Source of the DNA: Vulcanimicrobiota bacterium | GTDB lineage: Bacteria > Vulcanimicrobiota > Vulcanimicrobiia > Vulcanimicrobiales > Vulcanimicrobiaceae | Direction of reading: 5' to 3' | Assembly (NCBI GenBank): GCA_963786105.1 | Contig: CAWAXX010000024.1 | Span: 94,725 to 158,724 of the forward strand | Length of the DNA: 64,000 bases | Shown here: positions 60,134 to 64,000 of the stretch, piece after piece | How positions within the stretch are numbered: position 1 is the first letter of the stretch | Layout of the letters: the number at the start of each line of letters is the position of its first letter | Program-made: the position numbers and the translations under genes | Notes under the pieces: generated by a model | Database searches by the model: none | What the model saw: only the letters and a program-made list of their open reading frames with translations | What the model was told of the DNA's origin: nothing

Positions 60134-62517
60134 CTAGCCGTGGACATCACGAATGCGTGCCGCGGTGGCCATGGCGCGCCACACGCGCTCCGAGGTGGAG
60201 GCATATCGATATCGACGATGCCGAGCGGCGCCAACGCATCCACCACCGCGTTCATGATCGCCGCCGGCGCGCCAATGGTGCCGGCCTCGCCGCAGCCCTT
60301 GGCGCCCAGCGGATTGTGCGCGCAGAGCGTGGTGTTGGTCTCGAGCTTGAAAGGAATGAAATTGTCGGCACGCGGCATGCAATAGTCCATGAACGAGCCC
60401 GTCTTGAGCTGGCCGCTCTCGTCGTCATAGACCGCATTCTCGTAGAGTGCCTGGCCGATGCCCTGGAAAGCGCGCCATGGACCTGGCCCTCGACGATCAG
60501 CGGGTTGATGATGCGGCCGAAGTCGTCGGCACCGGTGAAGTTGACAAGCTCGACCGTGCCGGTTTCGCGATCGACTTCTATCTCGGCGATATAGGCCCCG
60601 GCGGGATAGGTGAAGTTGATGGGATCGTAGAAAGCGGTCTCGTCGAGGCCGGGCTCCACCGTGTCGATGGGATAATTGTGCGGGACATAGGCGGCGAAGG
60701 CCACCTCAGCGAAAGGCACGGCACGGTCCGTGCCGGCGACGGAGAATTCGCCGTCGGCGAACTCGACATCGGCCTCAGCAGCCTCGAGCAGATGGGCGGC
60801 AATCTTCTTGCCTTTGGCGACGATCTTGTCCATGGCCTTGACCAGCGCGGTACCGCCCACCGCAAGCGAGCGCGACGCGTAGGTCCCCATGCCGAAGGGC
60901 ACCTTGCCAGTGTCGCCGTGAACGATGTCGACCATCTCGAGGGGGAGGCCGAAGCGATCGACCACGAGCTGAGCGAAGGTAGTCTCGTGGCCTTGGCCGT
61001 GGCTGTGCGAGCCGGTGAAGACGGTGATGCTGCCGGTCGGGTGCGCGCGCACTTCGGCCGACTCGTAGAAGCCGGCGCGGGCGCCGAGTTGGCCCGCCAT
61101 CACCGAGGGTGCCATGGCGCAGGCCTCGATATAGGTGCAGATGCCGATGCCGCGCAGCTTGCCGCGTTCTGCCGCCTGCTGACGCCGCCGCTCGAAGCCG
61201 GCGTAATCAGCCGCGTTCACCGCCATGTCGAGTGTCTTGAAGTAGTCGCCGCTGTCATAGGTAAGCGCAACAGGCGTCGTATAGCAGGTACGGTCTGTCG
61301 GGGATGAGTTGCGCCGGCGCAGTGCCACCGGGTCGAGCTTCATCTCACGCGCGGCGCGGTCGACGAGGCGCTCCACCACGTAACAGGCCTCTGGCCGCCC
61401 AGCGCCGCGATAAGCGTCGACCGGCGCTGTGTTGGTGAAAACGCCCCTGACCTCTACATAGACAGCGGGCGTCGCGTAATTGCCGGCGAGTAAGGTGCCG
61501 TAGCACCAGGTCGGAATTGCCGGGGCGAAGCTGCCGAGATAGGCGCCGAGATTGGCCAGCGTGGCGACCCGCATGGCGAGGAATTTGCCGTCCTTGTCGA
61601 GTGCGAGCTCCGCCTTGGTGAGATGGTCGCGTGCCTGGTTATCGGTCAAAAAGATCTCGCTGCGCTCGGCGGTCCATTTGATCGGGCGGCCGAGCTTGCC
61701 CGCAAGCCAGAGCACGAGCGCCTGCTCGGCATAGAGCGAACCCTTTGTGCCGAAGCCGCCGCCCACATCGGGCGCCACCACACGCAGCTTGTGCTCCGGC
61801 AACTGCAGCACGAAGGCAGCGATCAAAAGTCGATGGACGTGTGGCGCCTGGCTCGTGGTGTAGAGTGTGTATTCGCCGGTGCCACGGTCGAATTCGCCGG
61901 TGGCGGCGCGCGGCTCCATCGGGTTTGAGACCAGCCGATTGTTGACAAGGTCGAGACGCGTGATGTGGTGCGCGCTGGCGAACGCGGCGTCGACTGCCGC
62001 TTTGTCTCCGAGATGCCAATCGAAGCAGAGATTGCCGGGAGCCGTGTCGAACAGAAGCGGGCTTCCCGGCTTGATCGCCTCCTCCGACGTCACCACCGCT
62101 GGCAGCGTCTTGTAACTGACGTCGATGAGGTCGGCCGCGTCCTTCGCTTGCTCGAGCGTCTCGGCGACAACCACTGCCACCGGGTCACCGACATGGCGCA
62201 CCTTGCCCTGAGCGAGCAGTGGATGCGGCGGCTCGATCATCGGCTTACCGTCCTTCGAGGTGACGAGCCAGCCGCAGGGAAGACCGCCCACTTGCAGATC
62301 AGCGCCGGTGAAGACCGCGGCGACGCCAGGTGGCCGCCTTGGCGGCAGCCGTGTCGATGGTGCCGAGCTTCCGCATGAGCGTGGGGGCTGCGTAGTAGAA
62401 ACGGCAATCCAGGAGCTGGCCGGGCCGGTTGATGTCGTCGGTGTAGGTGCCCTGGCCCGTGAGGAAGCGGAAATCCTCCTTGCGGCGCACAGCAGCGCCG
62501 ATACCGAAATCGCCCAT
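60134..62517 (-). pseudogene. xanthine dehydrogenase / CoxL-like molybdopterin-binding subunit, multiply frameshifted
   Basis: [34 protein letters not shown] (not the AYXCSFR of true CO dehydrogenase), [18 protein letters not shown] spread over several frames. Confidence 0.85.
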
Positions 62518-62743
62518 GAGCCAACCCTCTGTTCCTTTGGCGAGCGTGTCCGGCACGGGACGGACACCTCTGAACGCCCGACTTTACACCGCCGCACTGC
62601 GAGCGGCACGGTTTTTGCGACGGTCTCCCACAGCGGTTTACATAGTTTGGCCTGAAGATTAGCGTTGGGATCCGCGGTCGCCGACGTTGTTGCACATTCT
62701 TTGGCTGGCGCCGCGGAGCCTTAACAAAATCGGGAAGGTTCAC

Positions 62744-63680
62744 ATGATAGCGCCCGATCGTCGCTCGTTCATGGCGGCGACTGCCGCCAGCATTGCAACA
62801 CCAGTTGGTCTTGGCGCCAAGGAATGCCCCACCGCCGGAATGGACTGGATTACAATGTCGCTCGAGGCGCGCAATCTCGCATACAACAATGTCGAACACG
62901 TGGGGCCCGAGAACGCGCGCAAGAAAACCGAAGCCTGGGCGGCAGCTTCGAAGATGCTGCGCGAGCAGCGCCCGCAGCACCTCAATCTGGCCTACGGCAA
63001 CGGAGAGCGCAGAACAAATTGGGACTTATATCCTGCCAGCGATTTGAAGGCGCCATGCTTCGTTCACATCCACGGCGGCTATTGGCAGCGCGGCAGTAAG
63101 GAGATTTTCGCCTGCCTCTCCGAAGGTCCATTGGCCCGGGGTTGGTCGGCGGCTCTACGTGGCTACACGCTGGCGCCGGAGGCGAGCCTGACGCAGATCA
63201 CCAATGAGCTAAAAAGCGCGTTCGACTGGCTCGACGCCACGGCCGGCGAGCACGGCATTCAGGGGCCCATTATCGTTACCGGCTGGTCCGCAGGCGGGCA
63301 TCTGACCTCATTCATTCTTGATCATCCCACGGTGGCGGCGGGGCTGGCGATCTCGGGCGTGTTCGATCTAGCTGCGCTGCGCGATTTTCCGCACGTCAAC
63401 GAGAAGGTGAAGCTGAGCGAGGAGGAAATCCAGAAGCTCTCGCCTATGCGACGGCCAATCGTGAACAAGCCGCTGGGTATCGCCTATGGCACCGGCGAGT
63501 TGCCGGCCATGATCGCGAGCAGCCGGGATTACCTGCCTACCGGTCGCAAGGACATGCCCTAGGCGATTTGATACCTATCGCCAACACCAATCACTTCACG
63601 ATTCTGGATGAGCTGCGACAGCCCAACAGCACCCTCACCCGCGCCGAACTGCGATGGCTGAATACCAGACCTCGTAGGGA
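62744..63680 (+). pseudogene. alpha/beta hydrolase (arylformamidase/esterase-like), frameshifted at the C-terminus
   Basis: RRSF Tat-like leader, HIHGGYWQ, GWSAGGHL, ISGVFDL; catalytic NHFTILDEL lies in another frame after 63562. Confidence 0.8.
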
Positions 63681-64000
63681 ACGGCTCGGTATTTCTCGGA
63701 GCGAATGGACGTACGATCGTCTCCCGGATGCATCATCACACCAGCCGCCAAGCCGCGCAGGGTTTCGATCCTTGTGCCGCGCATACAGCACAGCGGACTC
63801 CGGAAGCGGGCCGTCCGCAACACCCCATGGGAGGAGGTTGCGATGAACGCGGGTTTCATCGCTCTGACCAAACGAGCGGAGCGGCCATTTGAGCATGCGG
63901 CTTCCGGTCGAAAACGCCCGCAGACTTGCACCGAGCGCGAGCGCTGCCTCAGTTGCTTTCAAAGCGCCCGAGATACACCGTCGCATCATCGGGGCGTTGC

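Noticed and set aside
60134..62517. Aerobic CO dehydrogenase indicating CO oxidation by the host
   Set aside because: Active-site loop is AYRGAGR, no coxM/coxS adjacent, and the gene lies in the suspect foreign tail

Overview
Positions 1 to about 57.6 kb are a gene-dense, high-GC chromosomal segment. Its gene families (triplicated secreted phosphoesterase/PLC lipoproteins, a GloVer-repeat protein, all-helical LuxR-HTH regulators) suggest Candidatus Eremiobacterota/Vulcanimicrobiota; this is inference from family content only. It carries purH, a lipoprotein cluster, hisS-accB, an ADP-heptose/LPS core block, aspS, and a ~28 kb surface-polysaccharide locus (Amj-type flippase, Wzy/ligase-like protein, three GT4s, glucuronyl C5-epimerase, nucleotide-sugar dehydrogenase, priming GT, Wzc, an amino-sugar operon, GT87/GT39, Wza). 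Three LuxR-family regulators but no sensor kinase lie inside that locus. After it come udg, an MFS transporter, trmL and a dipeptide epimerase-DUF1611-peptide SBP-C39-like operon. The best candidate for a new system is an unannotated 47-aa ORF (47742-47885) encoding a hydrophobic leader plus two synonymously diverged DTPGGP repeats, with its own SD and terminator, directly upstream of a TPR-like/LuxR-HTH regulator. This suggests peptide signalling controlling the polysaccharide locus, whose promoter regions share a GGGAC(T/C)TTCG-like motif. A 166-bp MITE-like hairpin interrupts the purH start. The last ~6.4 kb looks alphaproteobacterial (Bradyrhizobium-like) and is riddled with frameshifts, so it is probably a chimeric or low-quality contig end.
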